DNA from: Thermodesulfovibrionales bacterium
GTDB taxonomy: Bacteria > Nitrospirota > Thermodesulfovibrionia > Thermodesulfovibrionales > Dissulfurispiraceae
DNA length: 26,612 bases
Assembly (NCBI GenBank): GCA_041653575.1
Contig: JBAZFD010000001.1
Coordinates: 1-26,612, forward strand
Direction of reading: 5' to 3'
Shown: piece after piece, positions 15,530 to 22,953 of the stretch
Position numbering within the stretch: the first letter of the stretch is position 1
Layout of the letters: each line of letters begins with the position of its first letter
The notes under the pieces: model-generated
What the model was told of the DNA's origin: nothing
Seen by the model: the letters and a program-made list of their open reading frames with translations, nothing else
The model's database searches: none
Position numbers and translations under genes: made by a program

Positions 15530-17380
15530 ATCAGGAAAGGAAAGGAGGGAGGGGCGGAGGCCCCTCCCTGAAGAAAGAAGAGAAAGATGCTGCTGTGCCG
15601 GCAGTTGCTGTTTCTGAAGCTGCCCTTTTTTGAAAATCATATCCCGAAGAAGGCCGGATACTTTGGCGGCAATGGCCTTTTTGTAGGGATTGTCCTGACC
15701 CGGAAGCGCGATAATCCAGTCGCTCAGTCTCACAACTTCGGGATCAGCTCCTTCCGTTATTCTCACGATGTAACATCCCTTGGAGGCGTACCTCTGCCCC
15801 TGCCCAAAGCTGAGACGGGGATAGGAAATAGCCGTATGAACCTGGTCCCGGAGGGAGTCCAGGGTGTCGAGGAGATAGTCCCTGTAAAGATAGGGTCCCA
15901 TAGACCGGATTGCCCCTGCCACAATCCGTACGGAGGAGAGGACCTGCATTTGCAGATCAGCCTCTCCCACGGGTATTCCTTTTGTCTTCAACCAGGCTGT
16001 CATGACGTCTTTGCTTTGGCCGTATTCCTTCGGGAGCTTGCGGGGATAGGTGGCATAGGTGAATCCCCGGATTGTATCGGGCAATGAAGACAGCTTCATG
16101 TTCATAAGGGTTGAAGAGACAAAGACGCAGAAAGGCCTTTCAGGGATCTCGCCCAGAATCTTCATGGAAGGGATATCCTGCTCATCCAGCCAGAGGACAA
16201 AAACGCCGCCCTTGTATTGCCTTGCCAGTTTCTTCCAGAATGTCTCTGACAGCTTCTCCTCCTTTGCCAGGACAACGGTTTTGAGGAGCTCCGTTGGTCC
16301 ATCCCAGCTCTCCCGCAGCCCCCTGTCAAGGAGAGCGCCTTTTTCTCTGTCACGGTAAACCTGGACTACAGGCGTGCCGCCGGTTTTGACAGCCCTGTTG
16401 AGATACCTCGCCACGGTAACGCCCTCCTGGTAGAGCCCCCTGGAGGAATAGAGGGTATACCAGTCTTTTTCTGCGATGACAGGCAGGTCGGTAAGGGGAA
16501 AGAGGCTGGGAATCCGCTGCTCCTCGCTGAACCTGTGAATCGGCTCCCAGTCACCCCTGACTCTCCCGCTCACAATGGCAAAGACAGGCTCCTTTTTGTA
16601 ATACTCCTCAAGCTGGCCCTTCCATGTCTCGCGGGCCCCTTTCAGCTCCCAGAGGGAGAGCGTCACTTTCCCCCCATAGAGCCTGTTGCTCTCCGGGTCT
16701 AAAAACGACCCTTTCCATTTCTTTGGTCCGGGAGGCGCGTTGATGAGGTCAAAATAGCCTTGCAGGGTTTTCACCAGTGACGCCTTTTCCCCGGGGCTCA
16801 CGCCATCGCTGACCACTGTGGCGAACCGGAGGGTCTGTTCCGTTGCTCCCGGTGACAGCTCTGCTGAAAGGTTTCTGAGGTAATAGGAAAGGATCTCCAT
16901 ATCCCTGTCAGAGAGTGGATACATAGGCATGGCCAGGTTCAGCTCTCTCCCTGTAGGATCAATCCCCTCCCTCAGGGCCATTGCAAGCCTTTCGTCAGTA
17001 TAAGCGGGACGCGGGTGGCCGGTCTTCAGCCCTTTAAGAAGCGCCTCCCCAAAGGGCTGGACAGACTCCACCCCTGTCTCCACGGGGCTGAAGAGCCTTG
17101 GCCCGGTAATCCTTGGTGAAAAAAGAGACCCCTCCAAAGACCCCAGCCCGCTCCTCAGGTGACAGCTTCCACAGGTGAACATCTTTCCGTCCACCGTCAC
17201 CCCACCTCCAACAACCGCCTGCATGGGCTCTCCTGAGGAAAGAATCCCCTCGCGGTACATTCTTTCTCCCAAACGCAGTGCCTCATCATCAGTCAGTCCT
17301 GCTATCATAACGCACTCACCGAAGGAGAGGGTGCCAAGGAGAAAAACAAAAGCGGAGAGAAGTAAAACTATTTTTCCCAT
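15503..17380 (-). CDS. Exported monoheme cytochrome c fused to a periplasmic-binding-protein-like domain
   Basis: Signal peptide; single CxxCH (CGSCH); candidate distal Met (AMPMY); long C-terminal alpha/beta region resembling type I (branched-chain amino acid-like) substrate-binding folds (inference). Confidence 0.8.
   Translation of the reverse strand: MGKIVLLLSAFVFLLGTLSFGECVMIAGLTDDEALRLGERMYREGILSSGEPMQAVVGGGVTVDGKMFTCGSCHLRSGLGSLEGSLFSPRITGPRLFSPVETGVESVQPFGEALLKGLKTGHPRPAYTDERLAMALREGIDPTGRELNLAMPMYPLSDRDMEILSYYLRNLSAELSPGATEQTLRFATVVSDGVSPGEKASLVKTLQGYFDLINAPPGPKKWKGSFLDPESNRLYGGKVTLSLWELKGARETWKGQLEEYYKKEPVFAIVSGRVRGDWEPIHRFSEEQRIPSLFPLTDLPVIAEKDWYTLYSSRGLYQEGVTVARYLNRAVKTGGTPVVQVYRDREKGALLDRGLRESWDGPTELLKTVVLAKEEKLSETFWKKLARQYKGGVFVLWLDEQDIPSMKILGEIPERPFCVFVSSTLMNMKLSSLPDTIRGFTYATYPRKLPKEYGQSKDVMTAWLKTKGIPVGEADLQMQVLSSVRIVAGAIRSMGPYLYRDYLLDTLDSLRDQVHTAISYPRLSFGQGQRYASKGCYIVRITEGADPEVVRLSDWIIALPGQDNPYKKAIAAKVSGLLRDMIFKKGQLQKQQLPAQQHLSLLSSGRGLRPSLLSFPDLTTNSPSR
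15546..15569 (-). terminator. Terminator-like hairpin at the end of the MCO-SCO-cytochrome unit
   Basis: 10-bp stem AGGGAGGGGC-ggag-GCCCCTCCCT followed on the minus strand by a pyrimidine run (CCTTTCCTTTCC); lies inside the 3' end of the 625-aa ORF. Confidence 0.6.
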
Positions 17381-17955
17381 ACCTTATGATATTCCTCCTT
17401 CAATTCCTGAGTACTCATAAAACCAAACAGCCTTATCCAGTAGCCGTCATCAGGAGAGCGCAGAAGGGTGAGGGGGTAGTGGGACATTTTGTTTGGCACA
17501 TCGGTATAGAAGGCCTTCATAACAGCCTTGATCTCATCGCGCGATCCGGTGAGAAATTCCCACCCAGGCTTTGCATTGTACCTTTTCAGATATTCTTTCA
17601 TGACCTCAGGAGTATCATGATCAGGATCAATGGTTATGGAGACAAGCCGTATGTTTTTCAGATCCTGCCCCATCCTGTTCTGGAGGTTTGCATATCCTGC
17701 CGAAAGGATAGGACAGATAGTTGTGCATGTGGCATAAATGAACTGGAGGAATACAGGCTTTTCAGAGATGAGGATCTCTCTGAGCCGTACCCTTTGCCCA
17801 TTCTGGTTTGTCAGCATCAGATCCGGAACCTGATAGCTCGCAACGGTCCTTTCATACTTTTTCTTGTCCGCACCATGGGAGTCGCGGCTCCACAAAAGAA
17901 GCGATGGGACCAGCATGAGTATAATGACAAGGTTGATGAGACGCATCCTTCTCAT
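17368..17955 (-). CDS. SCO1/SenC family copper chaperone
   Basis: LTNQNG, FIYATCTTICP (CxxxC), VSITIDPDHDTP, WEFLTG, distal His (SHYP); N-terminal signal or anchor; SD AAGGAGG before ATG 17955. Confidence 0.92.
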   Translation of the reverse strand: MRRMRLINLVIILMLVPSLLLWSRDSHGADKKKYERTVASYQVPDLMLTNQNGQRVRLREILISEKPVFLQFIYATCTTICPILSAGYANLQNRMGQDLKNIRLVSITIDPDHDTPEVMKEYLKRYNAKPGWEFLTGSRDEIKAVMKAFYTDVPNKMSHYPLTLLRSPDDGYWIRLFGFMSTQELKEEYHKVWEK

Positions 17956-18023
17956 GAAGCCCTCCTTACTGTCCATTTAATCTATCTTTGGGTTCAAGGG
18001 CAGAAACGACGCTTACAAAATAG

Positions 18024-18049
18024 GCGGGGAGGGATCTCTCCCTCCCCGC
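18024..18049 (-). terminator. Hairpin after the multicopper oxidase gene (terminator or mRNA-stabilising stem)
   Basis: 11-bp stem GCGGGGAGGGA-tctc-TCCCTCCCCGC followed by CTATTTT on the minus strand. Confidence 0.65.
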
Positions 18050-18064
18050 TGAAGCCTTTACGAC

Positions 18065-21000
18065 TCAGGGCAGTGTCGTAGCTGAAACCACATTACTGAA
18101 GGCAGAATTCCCGTCAGCATTAAATGCCCTGACACGGAACCAGTAGGTCGTGTTCGGTGTCAGGGTGCCGACGGTGAAGGTCGTTACGTCTGCTCCAACT
18201 TTAAACGACCTCACTACTGTCGTGAAACCGGAATCCCTCGCCCTCTGAATCCTGAAGCCGGTCTCGTTAGTAGAATTGTCCGTCCAGCTGATGTCAACAG
18301 AGGTGCTGGTCACAGTGCCTACGGTCAGATTACCCGGCTTCTGAGGCATCACGCCCGGAGTTGTGGCAGTGGCGGTATTTGACCATGCAGAGGCGCCTGC
18401 GACGTTAACGGCCTGCACCCTGTAGTAGTATGTCGTCTTGGGCGCAACCGTCGTATCAGTGAATGCCGTGACATTCACGCCAACCGTAAAGGTCGTCAGT
18501 CCCGCCGCGAAGCCTGCGTCAGTCGCCCTCTGAATCGTGAAGCCTGACTCGCTGGTGGCGTTGTCAGTCCAGGTCAGGCGCACTCGCGGCGGGTTCGAAC
18601 TGAGGGCAGAGGGAGTGGCAACCAGTCCCGTGGGCGCTGCCGGAATTGCAATTGTGATTGTGACTGTTGCCGTTCTTGACCATACGGAATCAGCAGACTT
18701 GGTCGGAAATCCGACAGACGGAGCCGCGTACTGATAGGTGTCTCCCACAAGGTTAGAGGCCCGCACCCTGTAGTAATAGGTCGAGCCGGCCGTTACGCTT
18801 CCGTCCCTAAAGGTAGTTGCATTGGCTGCAACCGTAACCGTTCTGTCAATCACCGCAAAACCGGCATCCTGCGACCTTTCAATGGTGAAGACTGTCTCGT
18901 TCAGAGAGTTGTCCTTCCAGGTCAACCTTATGTTCCCCGCAGCGGTCATGGCGGCGGAAAACCCGGAAGGGGCCTTCGGCGCTACCGCAAACACCAAGGA
19001 GTGCATCATGTCCATCTCTTCGTGGCTCAGGATGTGGCAGTGCCAGACGTATTCCCAGCCGAAGTTGACGTAATGATTTGTAACGGTCACCCCTTTTGCC
19101 GCCGGGTCCTTGAAGCCTCCAGGCGGTGTCGCTAAGACAGCGCCCTCAGGCATGGTAGGGTCTATCAGGCGGATGCTGTTGGGAATGTCGAAGGGTTGGG
19201 TAGGAGCAACCGGCCTCATCGCCACGATTGTATCCTCCAGCGGATTGACACGGACGGTTTCCTTCCAGCCCAGTTCGTTGGGATCGGGAGGCATGAGGAA
19301 ACCATCCCAGGCCACCCGGTTAATCAACTGCACGTTGAACAGATGGAAGTGAATTGGATGGGTGTCCACACCGTTGTGTGTGATCTTCCAGATCTGGGTC
19401 CCATCCGAAAGCGTCCCGATGGGGGTCATGGAATCCTGCATGACATCAACGGGCGGGCTGGAGTACCCGTAAAGCATGAAATTCTGGTTTACGTTGTTGG
19501 TGCCCGGCAGCTCGAGTCCCATCATTCCACTCATCCGTCCATACCCGGTGTCGTACGATTCGCCCATCTCGTCCTGGATCGCCTTTGGCTGGAAGGGAAT
19601 CGTCACCGGCGTTGCCGAACCGATTGGAGTAAAGGTTTTGGAGGTATCATAAATCTGTGCATATGCTCTATAATCGGCGGGGAAAGTCCCATTGTAGGCT
19701 GAATTATAACCGGCCTGGGGGATAATGACCGGGTCCTGTGAAACCTCCAGGACGCCTCTCTTATCAACTGTTTTCGCAAATGCCGCCCTCAGGGCATTCA
19801 GATCATAGGGGGTGGCAGCAGTTGAAGCAGCCACCCTGATCTGCATGATCGTGCGGGTGTTGGGACCATAGCCCGGCTGCGTTGTGGGAGCGCCGCCCGT
19901 GTCGGTCTGGTCGGGATTGCCCATGTAGTAGTCATAGCGCGGGTCGAGGGCCGGGAAGGCTGCTGGAGCGTCGTTGTAGACAATGATGGTTTTGCCTGCA
20001 TACTGCGAGAAGTCAACGATTACGTCCGCCCGCTCCGCAGGTGCGATGAGCAGCGAATGGTCCGTGACATTCCCGAAATTGAAGGCTGTTGCGTTCCTGT
20101 TCCAGTTGACCGGCTGGTTGGGAAGCACAACAGGAGCCGGCAGGAAACCGCCTTCTGTTCCGATCTGTACCCACGACGGGCCTGCTGTAGCAGGATCCGG
20201 CACACCGCCTGCCCTGCCGTCAGTTGGCCACTTTGCCGGGAAGCCGGGCGTCTGTACAGCCGGGACCATCTTGACCTCTGTATCAGTCCTGCCATCGGAG
20301 GTTGTGACAGCAGAGTCAGCCACGTACATCTGCAGGTTGAAAAACCGGTCATTTGCGGCGTTCAGTACCCGGAAGCGGTAAGCCTTGGGCTCCACATCCA
20401 GATAGGGGTAAACAGCGCCGTTCACGACAGGGGTGTCCATGAATGCCTCCATACCCATGGAAGGATCGGGCATGTCGGGCCTCATCGGCGGCTCACACCA
20501 CGTTACAGAAGGATCACAGTTGGGGTCGTAGTGTTCGTTCGGGACCGGCCCGTGGGCGATACCTGTGGTGGGCGGCCAGAACCATGGACCATACATCCAA
20601 CGGCCAAAGGCGTTTGCCCCGGTAATGTCATAGGGGTTCTGTGCCGGCATATAGACAGAAGGCAGCCAGAGGTCACCGGTCATCGCCATTCCCGGCATGG
20701 TCCCCCATCTCCAGGTGGGATCCTGGGCGGCTATGGTGTTGCTGTCCACGAAGGTCTTGTCCTGGATGATCAGCGGAATACCGGTACCGGGGAGAACACT
20801 GACTCCTGTGGGGTTGACGCCGGTCATATTAGTACCATTGATCAGGTCTTGCTCCACATTATCCGTCAGCAGGTACCCTGCTGCCTCTCCCGCATAGACA
20901 TTAAGGCGGGTAATGCCATAGGCATGGTCGTGGTAGAACATCAGCCTGGCGCTCTGCTGATTGTTATAGTAGAAAGTCAGCGACCCGTCGCCGGGATCAT

Positions 21001-22141
21001 TCGTCGCTCCCGCTGTTCCAGCCGGGACCGGCGCGTGAGTCACCGGATCAAACCACATGTCAGGGACGTATTGGACACTGACGCCCTTGGGATAGGAAGT
21101 GGTTTCTCCAGCCGGGGTGATCCACTGGTGGGGCGTACCGTCGCTGATCCAGGGAACCATGCCGCCGTGCAAATGAAGGGTGGCGCGATTCTGGGTGTAC
21201 ATGCTTCCATCAGGCGCCATCCCGGCTCCCATGACGGAGGTGTCCACCGGGAGGAAAAGGTCTCCGCCGGTACCGGTGGAGAGCTTGTTGGTGAACTTGA
21301 TGCGCACCGGGGTGTCCCGCTTGGCGACGATCAGGGGGCCCAGATAGTGAAACTGGCTTACGGTCGCATCTGTTGTATTGGTCTGCCTGTAGCCCCGCAG
21401 TGTGGTCGCAGGCAGATCGGAATGCAGCTGCTCGGAGTACTGGCCGAGCTCGATCTCGTAATAGTCTGATCCCGGATAGGTCGTCGTATCCGGGATCGCC
21501 ACAGGAATATATTTTCCAAGGGGGGTGCTTGCTCCGGCAGCCGTAAGACCAGGCAGTGAGTCAACGAATTTCCGGATGCCGCCAGAGAGAGCCCCACCTA
21601 TTGAGGCTGAGGCAATAGCGCCTGTTCCGGCGGTATCAGAGATAGCAACAACGGGAGCGGTATACCCGCTGCCGCCGGCATCAACAGTGATGCCGGTAAT
21701 GACACCACCTGCCACTGTTGCGGTAGCAGTAGCACCCGAGCCTGTGCCGTAAACATCAGAGATAGTGACAACCGGAGCGGTGTATCCGCTGCCCCCGGCG
21801 TCAACAGTGATGCTTGCTACCGCGCCCGTAGGCATCGGGCTGTTTGCGTAGTTGGCATAGGGACCGAAATAATGGGGTATCGGGCTGGTAGCGGGCATGG
21901 CCATGCCAAAGGATACGATATTACCTGAACCTGTCTTGGTTGCAGCTGCCCCAGGTTGAAAGCCGTGGGCTGCGGCATTATCTGCTGCGGCCTGCCGTTG
22001 AGCAGGCGTTATCCTCTTCATCTGTTCGGGGGATGAGGTATTGCCGGTAGCTGCTTGCGTGCTGGCAAAATCGAATCCCAGGAAAAGAGCCGCTACTGTC
22101 ACTATAAAACTCGTGAAGATCGAAAATTTGCGCCTCTTCAT
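18065..22141 (-). CDS. Large exported multicopper oxidase with three C-terminal fibronectin type III domains (Geobacter OmpB / Leptothrix MofA-like architecture)
   Basis: All four MCO copper motifs: [31 protein letters not shown] (T1 Cys, His and axial Met intact). Signal peptide with RRKF; three FN3 repeats (LTWxDNS/A...F.I.R...YYYRV.A.N); SD GGGAGGAG. Confidence 0.93.
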   Translation of the reverse strand: MKRRKFSIFTSFIVTVAALFLGFDFASTQAATGNTSSPEQMKRITPAQRQAAADNAAAHGFQPGAAATKTGSGNIVSFGMAMPATSPIPHYFGPYANYANSPMPTGAVASITVDAGGSGYTAPVVTISDVYGTGSGATATATVAGGVITGITVDAGGSGYTAPVVAISDTAGTGAIASASIGGALSGGIRKFVDSLPGLTAAGASTPLGKYIPVAIPDTTTYPGSDYYEIELGQYSEQLHSDLPATTLRGYRQTNTTDATVSQFHYLGPLIVAKRDTPVRIKFTNKLSTGTGGDLFLPVDTSVMGAGMAPDGSMYTQNRATLHLHGGMVPWISDGTPHQWITPAGETTSYPKGVSVQYVPDMWFDPVTHAPVPAGTAGATNDPGDGSLTFYYNNQQSARLMFYHDHAYGITRLNVYAGEAAGYLLTDNVEQDLINGTNMTGVNPTGVSVLPGTGIPLIIQDKTFVDSNTIAAQDPTWRWGTMPGMAMTGDLWLPSVYMPAQNPYDITGANAFGRWMYGPWFWPPTTGIAHGPVPNEHYDPNCDPSVTWCEPPMRPDMPDPSMGMEAFMDTPVVNGAVYPYLDVEPKAYRFRVLNAANDRFFNLQMYVADSAVTTSDGRTDTEVKMVPAVQTPGFPAKWPTDGRAGGVPDPATAGPSWVQIGTEGGFLPAPVVLPNQPVNWNRNATAFNFGNVTDHSLLIAPAERADVIVDFSQYAGKTIIVYNDAPAAFPALDPRYDYYMGNPDQTDTGGAPTTQPGYGPNTRTIMQIRVAASTAATPYDLNALRAAFAKTVDKRGVLEVSQDPVIIPQAGYNSAYNGTFPADYRAYAQIYDTSKTFTPIGSATPVTIPFQPKAIQDEMGESYDTGYGRMSGMMGLELPGTNNVNQNFMLYGYSSPPVDVMQDSMTPIGTLSDGTQIWKITHNGVDTHPIHFHLFNVQLINRVAWDGFLMPPDPNELGWKETVRVNPLEDTIVAMRPVAPTQPFDIPNSIRLIDPTMPEGAVLATPPGGFKDPAAKGVTVTNHYVNFGWEYVWHCHILSHEEMDMMHSLVFAVAPKAPSGFSAAMTAAGNIRLTWKDNSLNETVFTIERSQDAGFAVIDRTVTVAANATTFRDGSVTAGSTYYYRVRASNLVGDTYQYAAPSVGFPTKSADSVWSRTATVTITIAIPAAPTGLVATPSALSSNPPRVRLTWTDNATSESGFTIQRATDAGFAAGLTTFTVGVNVTAFTDTTVAPKTTYYYRVQAVNVAGASAWSNTATATTPGVMPQKPGNLTVGTVTSTSVDISWTDNSTNETGFRIQRARDSGFTTVVRSFKVGADVTTFTVGTLTPNTTYWFRVRAFNADGNSAFSNVVSATTLP
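21635..21812. repeat. Two ~58-bp direct repeats (120-bp period) encoding [18 protein letters not shown]
   Basis: 21635-21692 and 21755-21812 differ mainly at synonymous positions. Confidence 0.9.
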
Positions 22142-22335
22142 ATTCTCCTCCCTTTTTGTTTTCTCTCAAAATTGACCCTGCTGGCATCCATTTAGCCCTC
22201 TTTCATGAGCAGATCCGGACTTCACCTCACCACCTCCTGCCATTTTTATTGAGAACCTGCTTCATGAACGCCTCGTTAAACAACTTCTTCCTCTTTTTTC
22301 TTTGAAAAGGATTGTGATTATTGGGGCAAATAGAC

Positions 22336-22351
22336 AGCAAATAAAGCACCA
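22336..22351 (-). promoter_or_regulatory. Putative sigma54 (-24/-12) promoter of the MCO operon
   Basis: TGGTGCTTTATTTGCT: TGG and TTGCT with exact GG-N10-GC spacing; the CAC after GG is not conserved. Confidence 0.6.
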
Positions 22352-22369
22352 CCTCAATATTTCTTTGAA

Positions 22370-22382
22370 TATCAACACTTTG
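22370..22382 (+). promoter_or_regulatory. IHF-binding site
   Basis: TATCAACACTTTG is an exact match to WATCAANNNNTTR, in AT-rich DNA about 20-30 bp upstream of the -24 element. Confidence 0.6.
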
Positions 22383-22492
22383 CTTTTTATTACTCGTAAT
22401 ACAGGACTAATTCAGTCCATTTTGAATGATTCATTTTGAACTGCTCGGTGCTGGCGGAGAAACAAAGCATGCAGGCCTGTGACCGGCGGAAG

Positions 22493-22527
22493 GGGCCTCC
22501 CCGAAAAGTCAGAAGACGGGGAGGCCC
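22493..22527. terminator. GC-rich hairpin downstream of the response regulator
   Basis: 11-bp stem GGGCCTCCCCG / CGGGGAGGCCC with a 13-nt loop; no clear U-tract on the minus strand. Confidence 0.45.
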
Positions 22528-22578
22528 TGGAGTTTTACAGAAGGAGAAAAATCAGAAGACTGCGAGCTGTTGATGAGC

Positions 22579-22953
22579 TCAGGCTGCGCCAATGAATCGT
22601 TCAACCACCTCCAGCACTTCCCTTATGTCAAGAGGCTTTGCGATGTAGGCGTCGCAGCCTGACTCAGCCATTAGCCTCTCACGGTCTCCCTTCATTGCCG
22701 ATGAGGTGATAATAATGACAGGCACCGACTTTGTCGGTTCTTCAGACTTCATTATCCGTGTCGCCTCGATGCCGTCCATCACAGGCATACGGATATCCGT
22801 GAGAACGAGATCCGGGGGCTCTTTCCGCGCGATCTCGACGGCATCCCTTCCGTCGACTGCCTCTTTCACCTCGTACCCCTTCTTCTCCAGGATAATTTTT
22901 AAAAGCTTTCGGTTCTTGTCGTTATCGTCGACCACCAGGACCAGTTTACCCAT
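22579..22953 (-). CDS. Single-domain (CheY/DivK-like) response regulator
   Basis: VLVVDD, DLVLTDIRMPVMDG (phospho-Asp), IITSSAMKGD, YIAKP; no output domain. Confidence 0.95.
   Translation of the reverse strand: MGKLVLVVDDNDKNRKLLKIILEKKGYEVKEAVDGRDAVEIARKEPPDLVLTDIRMPVMDGIEATRIMKSEEPTKSVPVIIITSSAMKGDRERLMAESGCDAYIAKPLDIREVLEVVERFIGAA

Noticed and set aside
20057-21469. 470-aa plus-strand ORF
   Set aside because: Entirely antisense to the multicopper oxidase; no recognisable motifs; long shadow ORFs are expected at this GC.
22160-22230. Possible c-di-GMP-I (GEMM) riboswitch in the MCO leader (CTAAA ... GCCAGCAGGGTC resemblance)
   Set aside because: The required GGCAAAC...GAAA...GACGCAAAGC elements are absent; only an Infernal search could rescue it.
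22504-22560. Direct repeat AAAA(G/A)TCAGAAGAC 43 bp apart
   Set aside because: Only two copies, one within a hairpin loop; no function can be supported.
15503-22560. MCO module as a discrete mobile island
   Set aside because: SCO and parts of the cytochrome gene look more AT-rich, but no integrase, transposase, tRNA target or att-like direct repeats were found at the ends.
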